A stretch of 64,000 nucleotides of DNA from Bacteroidales bacterium (GTDB taxonomy: Bacteria; Bacteroidota; Bacteroidia; Bacteroidales; Lentimicrobiaceae): assembly GCA_038317155.1 (NCBI GenBank), contig JBBQBC010000001.1, positions 20,531 to 84,530 on the forward strand, read 5' to 3'. Position 1 is the first letter of the stretch, and each line of letters begins with the position of its first letter. This document shows positions 51,246-61,175 of the stretch, in pieces. Below the pieces are notes generated by a model. The model was not told the origin of the DNA and ran no database searches. It saw only the letters and a program-made list of their open reading frames with translations. The translations under genes were made by a program, and so were the position numbers.

Positions 51246-51626
51246 TATCCTTAGCGAGGACGCTAAGGATAATTTAAGTTTTTTTGGACCCTTGGTGAGG
51301 ATGCTAAGGGTAGTTTAAGTTTTTTGGATCCTTTGTAAGGACGTAAAGGATAATTTAAGTCTTTCTTAGTGAGGATGCTAAGGGTAGTTTATGTTTTTTG
51401 GATCCTTGTTGAGGACGCTAAGGATAGGTTAATTTTTTTTTGGTTCCTTAGTAAGGACGTTAAGGGTAATTTAAGTCTTTCTTAGTGAGGATGCTAAGGG
51501 TAGTTTAAGTTTTTTGGATCCTTTGTAAGGACGTAAAGGATAATTTAAGTCTTTTTTGGATCCTTAGTGAAGACGTTAAGGGAAGTTTAAGTTTTTTGGA
51601 TGAGGAAGTTAAGGGTAGATTAAGTT
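51246..51626. repeat. tandem array of 9 full and 1 partial 35-43 bp hairpin units (consensus GGATCCTTAGYGAGGAYGCTAAGGRTARTTTAAGT-Tn)
   Basis: First unit is the perfect stem TATCCTTAGCG-AGGA-CGCTAAGGATA; no unique spacers. Confidence 0.9.
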
Positions 51627-51631
51627 GGAAC

Positions 51632-52612
51632 TTATTTTTTGTTTGTATCCCGTTTTTTTCTGAAAGAACAATTACTGAAATCCCTTGACAGACTTACCGC
51701 ATAGGCAAACTTAGGGGTCAGTTGCTTTCCCCGGTAGTTTTTATATACAGGTACGTCATAAAGTGCCGAAATAATCCATCTTCCTGCAACGGAATACGAT
51801 AGCTGAGGGGTAACAACCATAAGGTGGTAACCGGTATTGGTTTCCTTTTGACCATCCTGAATATCTTTATCGTGTATTTCGTTCCTTAACTGTACGATAC
51901 CAAAAAACCGGTTTGCTAATTTTTTAGAAACGAAAACGGAAGTGATTAATAGTTTTCCCGACTGATAATCGTTGATATTGAATCCATTGTATTCAAAACG
52001 GTTGAGCATAAAGATACGCATGGTTAAAGGGTCAAACTCCTTGCTCAGCAGCAATGAGCCGGTAACTCCATATGCGTTGGTTGAGGGGCGCGCATCGAGT
52101 TGTAGCAACGTTCCGTTAGATGCAGTTGCTGGCTGCCGGGAAAACGGGAATTTGACACCCAATCCGGCCGATACTTCAATATGCTTTGCCTGATTTACGA
52201 ATAACCCATATTTTAACATCAAAGTTCCATTCGACAACCCGCGGCCGTTGTGATCAGTAAGTACCGGATTGCTAAAATTTACCAGTTTATTGATGAAGTA
52301 CCCCGCATCAGCCTGCAGGGTCAGTCTGTGTGTGAGTCCATATTCAATCGTCACTCCCCAGAAATCGTACTGCGCATCGTCTGACATATCAATTTCATCG
52401 TTAGAAGGGACGCTTCCCCGGTAATAGATATCGGAAAAACTGTGACGGAAGAAAGTAATTGCCCTGACTGTGCCTTTATTCACTATTCCTACCTGCGTGG
52501 ATGCACCCACCGGACTACCGGTCGAACAACACTGGGCGTCTGCAGAATTAAGCGGCAGAAATGCAGATACAAGGAGAAAAGCAGGCAGCAGCCTATTCAA
52601 TATAGTTAACAT
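51632..52612 (-). CDS. hypothetical exported protein, probably outer-membrane beta-barrel
   Basis: Signal peptide ending ADA-QCCSTGSP, alternating beta-strand pattern; start codon uncertain (52612-52645). Confidence 0.65.
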   Translation of the reverse strand: MLTILNRLLPAFLLVSAFLPLNSADAQCCSTGSPVGASTQVGIVNKGTVRAITFFRHSFSDIYYRGSVPSNDEIDMSDDAQYDFWGVTIEYGLTHRLTLQADAGYFINKLVNFSNPVLTDHNGRGLSNGTLMLKYGLFVNQAKHIEVSAGLGVKFPFSRQPATASNGTLLQLDARPSTNAYGVTGSLLLSKEFDPLTMRIFMLNRFEYNGFNINDYQSGKLLITSVFVSKKLANRFFGIVQLRNEIHDKDIQDGQKETNTGYHLMVVTPQLSYSVAGRWIISALYDVPVYKNYRGKQLTPKFAYAVSLSRDFSNCSFRKKRDTNKK

Positions 52613-52955
52613 ATACATCTTTTGTGGCTTTATTATTAGCGTCATCCTTTACCTCACAGGTAATTTTAAATTTACCTCCATGGCAGATGGTGAATAGTAC
52701 TTCGGCTCCGGAACCTTCAAATACACCCAGTTCATTGTCACATTTCCATGTAAAGGTAAGGTTCTCTCCGATCACATTTGCAGTGACCTTTGTCAACTCC
52801 TGAATGGCAACATTGTCTTTTTCTATGGTGAGGCTTACAAATTCAATATTGCCCGGACCGGAAGGTGACGCCTCCTTTTTACAGCCTGTTGTAATCATGA
52901 AAGCTGATATTACCAGCAAGGCTGAAAATAATTTAATGATTGATGTATTTTTCAT
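52593..52955 (-). CDS. lipoprotein with PKD/Ig-like domain
   Basis: Lipobox TGC; LTFTW...ITCEVKD. Confidence 0.7.
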   Translation of the reverse strand: MKNTSIIKLFSALLVISAFMITTGCKKEASPSGPGNIEFVSLTIEKDNVAIQELTKVTANVIGENLTFTWKCDNELGVFEGSGAEVLFTICHGGKFKITCEVKDDANNKATKDVYVNYIE

Positions 52956-52991
52956 AACAAGTTGTTTAGCATTGGGTTGTCAGTAAAAGAA

Positions 52992-53885
52992 TTATCGGTT
53001 AATCATGAATTTGCGGGTTAAAAGTCCGGCTGATGTCTCCAGTTGAATAAAGTACATACCGGTTAGCGGACGAACATTTACAGGATTTGTTCTAATTACA
53101 TTATCTCCAGCCTTAATCATCACCTCAGCATGGTAAACTATTTTTCCTGAAATATCAAAAATGATGAGATTACCGGAACAACTGATTTTACTAGAAAAAG
53201 AAATACTGATTTCATTGCCTGACAGGGAAGGAAAGATGCTGACATTCCCAAACGGCTCAATGCGCTGCACTGAGGTTGCCATTCCATCGAAATTCAGGTC
53301 ATCAACCCAGATAAAACTATTTTTAACGGGTGTGTGGCTGCTGGATGAAATCATAATAATGGCTGTATCCGGGGTCTCAGTGCTTTGGTAAGCAAATGGA
53401 ATTGAAAAACCTGTCCACACATGAATCATTCCCGATGTGTTTCTCCATAAGTTAGCAACTGTGTCGCGCCGGTGAAGAACCGGATTCCACCTTGTGAGCC
53501 AGGCAGCTATTGTGGCTACATCATTGCCATAGCCCATGAATTGATACTTACCTATGAGACTTTCAACCCTTTGATTGAAAGGGAAGCCTGATTCAGGCAG
53601 CCAGGTTGCTGAATTGAGTTGTCCGCTGACAATGACACCGGGTGTAATTACACCTTTTACATCCTTGGTAGTGAGTTTAATATAATAATTACCGGTAGCC
53701 CCGGGACTTCCTTTCAAGGTAGTGTAAACTCCTGAAGATTCAGTGGCTGAATTCATATTCCCCCATTGATCAGGAACTTCGTATGAACCCAAAGAGGTCC
53801 AGCTTTCGAAGCCGGAATTGGGAATCTGGGCCTGAGCCAGTAAACAGAAAACGGACATAATGGAGAGGAGACCGGTACTTTTCAT
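52992..53885 (-). CDS. secreted protein with carbohydrate-binding-like (PCMD-like) domain and T9SS C-terminal domain
   Basis: QIPNSGFESW...IWVDDL; IFP...IFDISGK...GMYFIQL...KFMINR. Confidence 0.75.
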   Translation of the reverse strand: MKSTGLLSIMSVFCLLAQAQIPNSGFESWTSLGSYEVPDQWGNMNSATESSGVYTTLKGSPGATGNYYIKLTTKDVKGVITPGVIVSGQLNSATWLPESGFPFNQRVESLIGKYQFMGYGNDVATIAAWLTRWNPVLHRRDTVANLWRNTSGMIHVWTGFSIPFAYQSTETPDTAIIMISSSSHTPVKNSFIWVDDLNFDGMATSVQRIEPFGNVSIFPSLSGNEISISFSSKISCSGNLIIFDISGKIVYHAEVMIKAGDNVIRTNPVNVRPLTGMYFIQLETSAGLLTRKFMINR

Positions 53886-54139
53886 ATATAGCATTTGACA
53901 TTTGTTTGACAAAAATAGTGTATTCTAAATCCAAAAGGCAGAATCAGGAATAGTTTTTTTTATTCCTGATTCTTTTACCTCTGATCAGTTCATTTAATAG
54001 TATATCTGAACCCTGCATACACCGTTGCCCCCACCAGCGGGCCCCAAACCATTGAAGTGTATTTTCAAATCTTGGTTTATAAACCTAATTCCTCAAATAA
54101 TGGGCTGATGTGAGCCAGGCTGATTTTCTGCCCGGGTGA

Positions 54140-54173
54140 CAAAAAAAACCGGCAATGAAAAGCTGCCGGTTTT
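54140..54173 (-). terminator. terminator of the second atpC copy
   Basis: AAAAACCGGCA / TGCCGGTTTTT. Confidence 0.8.
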
Positions 54174-54194
54174 TATATTCCTCAGAATAAAAAT

Positions 54195-54431
54195 TTAGTT
54201 TGCGAGTATCAGGACTTTATTATCCTGCACTTTGAGCATGCCGCCATTAATATCGATAAAAAGGGTGTTTTTGTCATTTTCAATAATTTTTATCTTGCCC
54301 TTTTTTAAAGATGCGATCATTGGCGCGTGTTTATCAAGGATCTCAAAAGAGCCGGATGAACCGGGTAACTGAACCAGCTTTATCTCTCCGTTGAAAATGG
54401 TCTTCTCAGGTGTAATTATTTCCAGATTCAT
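54195..54431 (-). CDS. atpC: ATP synthase F1 epsilon subunit, second copy
   Basis: LEIITPE...LPGSSGSFEILDKHAPMI; 74 of 78 aa identical to 62070-62306. Confidence 0.9.
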   Translation of the reverse strand: MNLEIITPEKTIFNGEIKLVQLPGSSGSFEILDKHAPMIASLKKGKIKIIENDKNTLFIDINGGMLKVQDNKVLILAN

Positions 54432-54460
54432 ATCGAATAGTTTTAGCAGGTTGTAAGGGT

Positions 54461-54486
54461 TTATTTACCTTCCATGATTTTTTTGC
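54461..54486 (-). pseudogene. atpD: duplicated last 26 nt of atpD (KKIMEGK*)
   Basis: Identical to 62336-62361, as is the whole atpD-atpC spacer. Confidence 0.85.
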
Positions 54487-54622
54487 TATTAATTGTTGCG
54501 GATTCACTCAAACGCACTATACAATAACTGCTATTTTCTAATGACATAATGTTTCTGTAAAGGGTCCGAAATTTATAAAAAAATGTGATTCCGGGTACTA
54601 TTTCATAATTATTCTATTCGGC

Positions 54623-55129
54623 CTATACGAACATGGCATTCCCCGAATCGTCGTAATTGATCACCTCGTTGTGAAAGCGGATCTGGGCATTCTGGCAATC
54701 CACCCTGTTGCAGATCAGCAGACTGCTGGCAAAATCAAGCTTATCGTCAAGGAAAAGGGCAATCAGATTACCCCCACAGGCGCAGGTGGAGTACACAGGC
54801 AGGGGTTTCCTGCATTCCGGGCAAAAGACTTCGAGCAATTCATCCTTTCTGAGTTTTATCCCGAATGCAATGCGGTGCTTCAGGCCATAAACAGGGTTAA
54901 GTGCGACTAGTCCACGCTTCTTTCCGCTTTTAACTTTTAAAACAATGCCGTTAAAGCCGTCGAATACCGCCTGTTCACTTATAAGGTTATGCCCCTCCGG
55001 ACAGAAACATTGTTTTATAACAATCAGTTCTTTCAGCTCTGCAGCCTTTTTGATCCTCTCCGGGTTGGGGAAGATCATCATTCCGGATTGATCAAATCGT
55101 ATCATAACAGGATGTTTTTGTTCCTGCAT
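54623..55129 (-). CDS. cysteine-rich hypothetical protein, probably metal-binding
   Basis: CFCPEGH, CPEC...CACGG, CNRVDC. Confidence 0.75.
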   Translation of the reverse strand: MQEQKHPVMIRFDQSGMMIFPNPERIKKAAELKELIVIKQCFCPEGHNLISEQAVFDGFNGIVLKVKSGKKRGLVALNPVYGLKHRIAFGIKLRKDELLEVFCPECRKPLPVYSTCACGGNLIALFLDDKLDFASSLLICNRVDCQNAQIRFHNEVINYDDSGNAMFV

Positions 55130-55518
55130 GAAGATACGAATTTTTTGAGCTTATCTCCGGAGAAAACATGAAAAGTTACAGCCGGCCACTAACGGAATTC
55201 AATAATTCCCGGTTTCTACGCAGCGGAAACCCGGGTTATTTACCTGCGCGTAGCCTGATGACTTAACAAATTGATAATATTAAATTCACATTCACTTCTC
55301 CGAGGCAGTCTAATTTTGTGGAATTCAGCGGAACAAATGACAAAAAGCCAGGAACCATATCAAAAAAGCCGTTCCCAGGATTTCAGAAAGAGTTGCATAA
55401 TGCTCTTTTATGCCAGGCGGGTGCGTGTACTAAGCTTGTTTGCAACCGATATTTTTTCAAGGATGGTCATTTCATGCTTCAACAACTTCTACCCTTCCCT
55501 AAAGCACTAGTCTCCTGA

Positions 55519-56379
55519 ATGAAAAAACAAAAACGGAGCATCGACATTCTTGTTATTTCGGATATTCACCTTGGAACTTACGGCTGTCATGCAAAAGAAC
55601 TGCTGCTCTATTTAAAAAGCATAAAACCCGGCATAGTGGTGCTGAATGGTGACATCATCGATATCTGGCAGTTCAGCAAAACGTACTGGCCAAAAAGCCA
55701 CATGAAGGTTATAAAATACCTCATCAAATGGATAAGCAACGGGGTTAAGACCTACTATATAACCGGGAATCACGATGAAATGCTGCGGCGGTTTGAAGGG
55801 TTGAAGATGGGTTCGCTCAGAATTGAAAACAAAGTGTTACTTAATCTTTCAGATGGCAAAAAGGTCTGGATATTTCACGGCGATGTTTTCGATGTTACCA
55901 TGCAGCATTCGCGTTGGCTTGCCCGCCTGGGTTCAGTTGGATACGATATCCTGATACTGATCAACAGACTGTTCAACTTTTTCTCAGAAAAAGTCTTAAA
56001 GAAGGGCAAGCTATCGTTGTCAAAAAAGATTAAGGAGGGTGTCAAAACTGCTGTTGCGTACATCAATAATTTCGAACAAATAAGTGCCGAAATCGGGATC
56101 AGCAACAAATACGATTATGTTGTATGCGGTCATATTCATCATCCTGAGATAAAGACCATTACCACGTACGAAGGAAGCATTACCTATCTGAATTCCGGGG
56201 ATTGGGTTGAAAACCTGTCGGCACTCGAGTACAACAAAGGCGGATGGTCCATCTATCGGTTTAGTGAAAATGATTTGGCGACCATAGATTCTGATGCCGC
56301 GGAAGATGATGACGAAGACCTCAATACCAGCCAGATTTTCGATAATATGCTTCATGAATTCAATATTTTAAAACATTGA
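55519..56379 (+). CDS. metallophosphoesterase, UDP-2,3-diacylglucosamine diphosphatase-like
   Basis: SDIHLG, LNGDIID, GNHD, HGD, GHIH, YLNSGDW. Confidence 0.88.
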   Translation: MKKQKRSIDILVISDIHLGTYGCHAKELLLYLKSIKPGIVVLNGDIIDIWQFSKTYWPKSHMKVIKYLIKWISNGVKTYYITGNHDEMLRRFEGLKMGSLRIENKVLLNLSDGKKVWIFHGDVFDVTMQHSRWLARLGSVGYDILILINRLFNFFSEKVLKKGKLSLSKKIKEGVKTAVAYINNFEQISAEIGISNKYDYVVCGHIHHPEIKTITTYEGSITYLNSGDWVENLSALEYNKGGWSIYRFSENDLATIDSDAAEDDDEDLNTSQIFDNMLHEFNILKH

Positions 56380-57455
56380 AAATATTATATGCCATTCAGG
56401 GAACCGGCAACGGACATCTTAGCCGTGCGAGAGAGATTGTACCGGTGCTGCAAAAAAGTCATGATGTTGATCTGTTGATCAGCGGCACTCAGGCTGACGT
56501 TGAATTTCCTTACCCGGTAAAATTCAGTTTCAGGGGCCTGGGGTTTATTTTTGGCGTCCATGGTGGGATTGACCTTGTTGAAACATACAAAAAAAATTAC
56601 ATCGGGGTCTTATTGTCGGAGATCAACAGTTTGCCGGTTCAGGATTACGACCTGGTGATCAATGATTTTGAACCTGTTTCGGCCTGGGCCTGTTATCTTA
56701 AAAATGTGAAGTGTATCTCCATCAGCCATCAGGCGGCTGTGCTTAACAAAAGATCCCCGCAGCCGAAGGATGTGGATATGATCGGGAAGGCCATTCTTAA
56801 AAACTATGCACCTTCGGATGCAAAATACGGGTTTCATTTCAGAGCTTACGATCATCATATTTTCACCCCGGTCATCAGATCGCAGGTACGCGAACAACCG
56901 GTTGAAAACAAAGGGCACTACACTGTTTACCTTCCTTCATACGACGATCAGCGGATTCTAAAGATGTTGAAGTTGTGCGGCGATGTCCGCTGGCAGGTGT
57001 TTTCAAAACACAACAGGCATACCATCGATGCCGGCAATATTATCATTCAGCCAATCAGCAATGAAGCATTTGTGGCAAGTATGGCTTCGGCGAAAGGTGT
57101 TATCTGTGGCGCAGGGTTTGAAGCCCCGGCAGAAGCCCTGTTTATGAAGAAAAAACTTTTGGTAATCCCAATGAAAGGCCAGTATGAGCAGCAATGCAAT
57201 GCCGCGGCCCTTAAAGAAATGGGCGTTCCGGTGATCAAAAATTTTAAAACCGGGAATGCCGGTAAAATCATTGATTGGATTGAAAATGGCAAAATTGTCG
57301 GGGTTGATTACCCAGATATCACCGAATCCCTTATCAATCAGATCATTGGTTGGCATACAGAACCAACAGAGAATAAAACCCCTGTGGACGGGAAAGAATA
57401 CTCGGTTAAAAAATTCAGGAACCTGCTTCTCAGAAAAATCGTGGCTCAGTTTTAA
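56376..57455 (+). CDS. GT-B glycosyltransferase (MJ1255/VC2487-like)
   Basis: MKILYAIQGTGNGHLSR, INDFEP, GAGFE, GQYEQ; TTG start overlaps the previous stop. Confidence 0.85.
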   Translation: MKILYAIQGTGNGHLSRAREIVPVLQKSHDVDLLISGTQADVEFPYPVKFSFRGLGFIFGVHGGIDLVETYKKNYIGVLLSEINSLPVQDYDLVINDFEPVSAWACYLKNVKCISISHQAAVLNKRSPQPKDVDMIGKAILKNYAPSDAKYGFHFRAYDHHIFTPVIRSQVREQPVENKGHYTVYLPSYDDQRILKMLKLCGDVRWQVFSKHNRHTIDAGNIIIQPISNEAFVASMASAKGVICGAGFEAPAEALFMKKKLLVIPMKGQYEQQCNAAALKEMGVPVIKNFKTGNAGKIIDWIENGKIVGVDYPDITESLINQIIGWHTEPTENKTPVDGKEYSVKKFRNLLLRKIVAQF

Positions 57456-57457
57456 GC

Positions 57458-58798
57458 ATGGATTTTACCAAGGGTGAATTCGGGCCCGATTTTAATTGGG
57501 GCGTTTCTACAGCAGCCTACCAGATAGAAGGTGCATGGGATGCAGATGAGAAAGGGAAATCCATCTGGGACGTTTTTTCAAATACCCGGGGAAAAATCGC
57601 GGGAAACCAAAACGGTAATATTTCATGCGATTTTTATAACCGTTTCCGGGAAGACCTGGCTATAATGAGCCGGATGAATATCCCCAATTACCGTTTTTCC
57701 CTGTCGTGGGCCCGGATAATGCCCGATGGCACTGGCCGGGTGAACAATGCCGGGATAAAATTCTACAACCAGTTGATCGATGAATGCCTCATGCTGGGCA
57801 TCGAGCCATGGATCACACTCTATCACTGGGATTTGCCCTGGGAACTTGAGAAAAAGGGAGGCTGGACAAACCGGGATATCATCGGCTGGTTTGGCGATTA
57901 TGTGGAACTGTGTATCCGGCATTTTGGCAGCAAAGTCAGGCACTGGATAATTCTGAATGAGCCCATGGTTTTTGCCGGCACCGGTTACTTCCTCGGTTTA
58001 CATGCACCCGGCCGCCGGGGTTTGAACAGTTTTCTTGCCGCCATTCACCATGCCGCGATGTGCCAGGCTGAAGGCGGAAGAATCGTCAGGTTGCTTTCGA
58101 CGGATACCAAAATCGGGACAACATTCTCCTGTTCATTGATCCAGCCGTACAAGAACCAACCCAGCGACATACTGGCAGCACAAAGGGTGGATGTAATGCT
58201 GAACCGGTTGTTTGTTGAGCCACTGGCTGGCCTGGGCTACCCGGTTAAAGACCTGAAACTGTTAAACCGGCTGGAACCTTTTATAAAAGATGGTGACGAA
58301 TGTAAACTGGCTTTTGATATGGATTTCATCGGTGTACAAAACTACACCAGGGAAATAATAACCCATTCACGGTTCATTCCTCTTATATGGGCAAAAGTGA
58401 TAAAAGCCGGCAGCCGCAATGTAGAAACCACCGATATGAAATGGGAAGTTTACCCGGAAAGTATTTATCACATGCTCCTGAAATTCAGTGAATACAAGAG
58501 TTTCAAAGAGCTTATCGTAACAGAAAGTGGTGCCGCATTCCCTGATACCTTAACGAATGGAATGATCCATGACGAGAAGAGAAGAAGCTACCTTGAGGCG
58601 GCAATCGGCCAGGTGTTGAAAGCAAAGCGGGAGGGCATAAATGTAAACGGCTACTTTATCTGGAGTTTCACCGATAATTTTGAATGGGCCGAAGGGTATA
58701 GGCCACGGTTTGGCCTGGTGTACATCGACTACAAAACCCAGCAGCGCATTATCAAAGACTCAGGGTATTGGTTCAGCCGGTTTTTGGAAAATGATTGA
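57458..58798 (+). CDS. GH1 beta-glucosidase
   Basis: STAAYQIEG, TLYHWDLP, LNEP (acid/base), VTESG (nucleophile), DNFEWAEGY. Confidence 0.93.
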   Translation: MDFTKGEFGPDFNWGVSTAAYQIEGAWDADEKGKSIWDVFSNTRGKIAGNQNGNISCDFYNRFREDLAIMSRMNIPNYRFSLSWARIMPDGTGRVNNAGIKFYNQLIDECLMLGIEPWITLYHWDLPWELEKKGGWTNRDIIGWFGDYVELCIRHFGSKVRHWIILNEPMVFAGTGYFLGLHAPGRRGLNSFLAAIHHAAMCQAEGGRIVRLLSTDTKIGTTFSCSLIQPYKNQPSDILAAQRVDVMLNRLFVEPLAGLGYPVKDLKLLNRLEPFIKDGDECKLAFDMDFIGVQNYTREIITHSRFIPLIWAKVIKAGSRNVETTDMKWEVYPESIYHMLLKFSEYKSFKELIVTESGAAFPDTLTNGMIHDEKRRSYLEAAIGQVLKAKREGINVNGYFIWSFTDNFEWAEGYRPRFGLVYIDYKTQQRIIKDSGYWFSRFLEND

Positions 58799-59097
58799 TC
58801 TGGAGAGGCTTAGGCGTACATACCTGCGAAAATTAAATCTCCTGTTTTTTTAGTCCGGGTCATGCATCAGAAATGAAACCCGGGCAAGCATGTACAAAAT
58901 ATCGAAACATCATGTATTATTTCAGATAATGTCATAATTTCGGGCCGGTAAATATCTGATTACAGATTCGAATCATTTAAATTGAGTTGTAGCATATTTA
59001 ACGTTTCAGAGGTCCGGGTTAAAGTTTTTACCCAGTAATATCAAAAGAATCACACTTTTATCATCAATTGGATCATATACCCTAAAACTTAAACTAT

Positions 59098-59703
59098 ATG
59101 AAACACGTCCTGATTGTTATTTTCATCTTTTCCGGCTTTTTTGCCCGTGCCGAATGGGTAAAAGGAACCGTTACTCTCAGCAATGGACGAGAAAAGGCGG
59201 GCTATATCAAGTATTTTACGAAAGTTGATCAAAAGAAGGTTAAGTTCAGGAGTGTAGAGAAAGGAAAGACAACAAGTCTTAAAAGCAAGGAGCTTTCGGA
59301 GATCAGATTTGAAGTTAAGGATGATATCAGGATCATAAAAAATCTGTATCTGAAAAGGGAAAATCTGAAAGGAAAGTCACATACATCCAAAACGAAATGC
59401 TGGTATGGAGTCGTATATAGAGGCGATTTTGATGTTGTTGGTATATCCACAACAGGTTCAATAAATTCAACGGATTATTATATTAACTGGCCCGGTGAGA
59501 AAACCGCTTCTCTGATCTTTACTGATGGCCACCAGAATACCTTTGTGATCGGTGGCAAGGCTTTTCTTAAGAAGGCGAGCAGGGTTATTTTTAAGGGCAG
59601 GTGTGATTTGATCGTTACAGCAATTGAAGACGAATCATTCAAGCCAAAGACAATACTTGATATTGTAGATTTTTATGAAAAGAATTGTAGCCCTGTAAAA
59701 TGA
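59098..59703 (+). CDS. hypothetical exported protein
   Basis: Signal peptide; WVKGTVTLSNG...GYI N-terminal motif. Confidence 0.75.
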   Translation: MKHVLIVIFIFSGFFARAEWVKGTVTLSNGREKAGYIKYFTKVDQKKVKFRSVEKGKTTSLKSKELSEIRFEVKDDIRIIKNLYLKRENLKGKSHTSKTKCWYGVVYRGDFDVVGISTTGSINSTDYYINWPGEKTASLIFTDGHQNTFVIGGKAFLKKASRVIFKGRCDLIVTAIEDESFKPKTILDIVDFYEKNCSPVK

Positions 59704-59706
59704 ACT

Positions 59707-59772
59707 CAACCTCAGCCGCATATTATCGAAGATTTGGCTCTTTGGGTTTCCCTGTTTTTAGAAAATGATTGC
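59707..59772 (+). pseudogene. decayed copy of the last 22 codons of the GH1 gene
   Basis: 45 of 66 nt identical without gaps to 58733-58798; QPQPHIIEDLALWVSLFLENDC versus KTQQRIIKDSGYWFSRFLEND*. Confidence 0.7.
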
Positions 59773-60332
59773 TCATTGTAAATCGCGTTACCTGGGTCAG
59801 GTCGATTTTGGAGTCAGAATAAAATAAATTATCCTTTTCTTTAGGACAGGAGCACGCGTCAGAGGATAAGACGCGCTTATGCATGCAATGAAGGCGGGAT
59901 AAGACGCCCGCGAGCCTTACGCCTCAGTGGTGAATGTTATCAAAACTTTTTGCCTGCCTTTACTTTGAGCTTTTAACTTTAAGCTTATTGTTTTTTTGGC
60001 CTTGGGCACGCGTCAGAAAATAAGACGCGCGCATGCATGTTTCTACAAATAATAATACCTGCTATCTGTGATTTTTATACCTATGGATAAATACTTCCTG
60101 GCAAATATCATCGTTATATTCATGTGAATTTTCTGATTGGATGAATTGTCAATTGAATAAATTAAGCATTCCTAAATATCAATACTCCGTTAAATGTTTT
60201 TAAACAACTGATTGTCAAGCCATTAAATGCCTGCACTTTAGTTCGATAAAGAGCAGTATATCAACACTTTGCGTCTTGGCGTCCTTGCGTGATTCTTAAA
60301 CTTACCGAACTATTGTAAATATTAGAAAGCTC

Positions 60333-61163
60333 ATGAAAACCCCCTTAATCCTTTTATCTGTCATAATTATAGTTTCATGTTCTACGCAGACGACCGATTA
60401 CGATGCCATCGCTGCCATGCAGGATATGAATGTTCCTGAACTTCAGTTGCCCGTTACCGATAGCACAAGAGTGCTGGTTGTGGTGCCTCATGCCGACGAC
60501 GAGACTATAGCCGGAGGCTTGATCACCTGGCTCGGTAAAAACGGTGCCTCAGTACATCTGCTCACTATGTGCGGACACAGCGAGCTACGTATGAATGAAT
60601 TGCACTGTTCAGCGGAAAAGCTTGGGATCAACAATGTTGAAACTGCCGGCTTCGTCAACAATACCTGGGACGACCTGATGGCCGGCAAGGTATTGTTCTG
60701 GTACGACCAGCAGGATAGTATCAGAAATGTTATCCAACGTAAGATCAGCGCTTTCCGCCCCGATATTCTGATTACCTACGATACGGAAATCGGCGGTTAC
60801 GGACATGCCGAGCACCTGGTGTCGGCCAAACTGACCGAGGAAATATTTAACAGTTACAATGCGGATCAGGCAAACAGGCCATCGTATCTGCTCCAGATCA
60901 CACTTCCCGATCAGTTAGAACAGTTTCTGGTGTCAGGTTCCCTGGGTTATGAATTTATGAAAACACAAACCGGCAGCAAAGGCCTGCCTGCTCCTGATGT
61001 TGCCATTGATATCAGTGACTTTATAGATACTAAAAATGAAGCAGCGCAATGCCATCAGTCACAGATCAAAATCCTGCGAAAGTTTTATATAACATTTGAT
61101 CAGGATAACCGTGAAGCACACACAAGGGCTTTTGGCCGCGAGTATTACCGGATGATCAAATAA
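60333..61163 (+). CDS. PIG-L/LmbE family deacetylase lipoprotein
   Basis: Lipobox VSC, PHADDET, GGYGHAEH, CHQSQ. Confidence 0.87.
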   Translation: MKTPLILLSVIIIVSCSTQTTDYDAIAAMQDMNVPELQLPVTDSTRVLVVVPHADDETIAGGLITWLGKNGASVHLLTMCGHSELRMNELHCSAEKLGINNVETAGFVNNTWDDLMAGKVLFWYDQQDSIRNVIQRKISAFRPDILITYDTEIGGYGHAEHLVSAKLTEEIFNSYNADQANRPSYLLQITLPDQLEQFLVSGSLGYEFMKTQTGSKGLPAPDVAIDISDFIDTKNEAAQCHQSQIKILRKFYITFDQDNREAHTRAFGREYYRMIK

Positions 61164-61175
61164 TTTTGGCCAATC

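Larger units (their letters stand above)
58857..60040 (+). repeat. three dispersed copies of a ~37-bp REP-like motif GGGCACGCGTCAGAAAATAAGACGCGCGCATGCATG at 58857-58893 (decayed), 59849-59885 and 60004-60040
   Basis: CGCGTC / GACGCG stem; copies aligned by eye. Confidence 0.7.

Noticed and set aside
51246-51626. CRISPR array
   Set aside because: Units are contiguous degenerate repeats with no unique spacers, and there are no cas genes in the window.
55271-55518. Small ORFs upstream of the phosphoesterase
   Set aside because: Two overlapping short frames with no motifs; neither can be supported.
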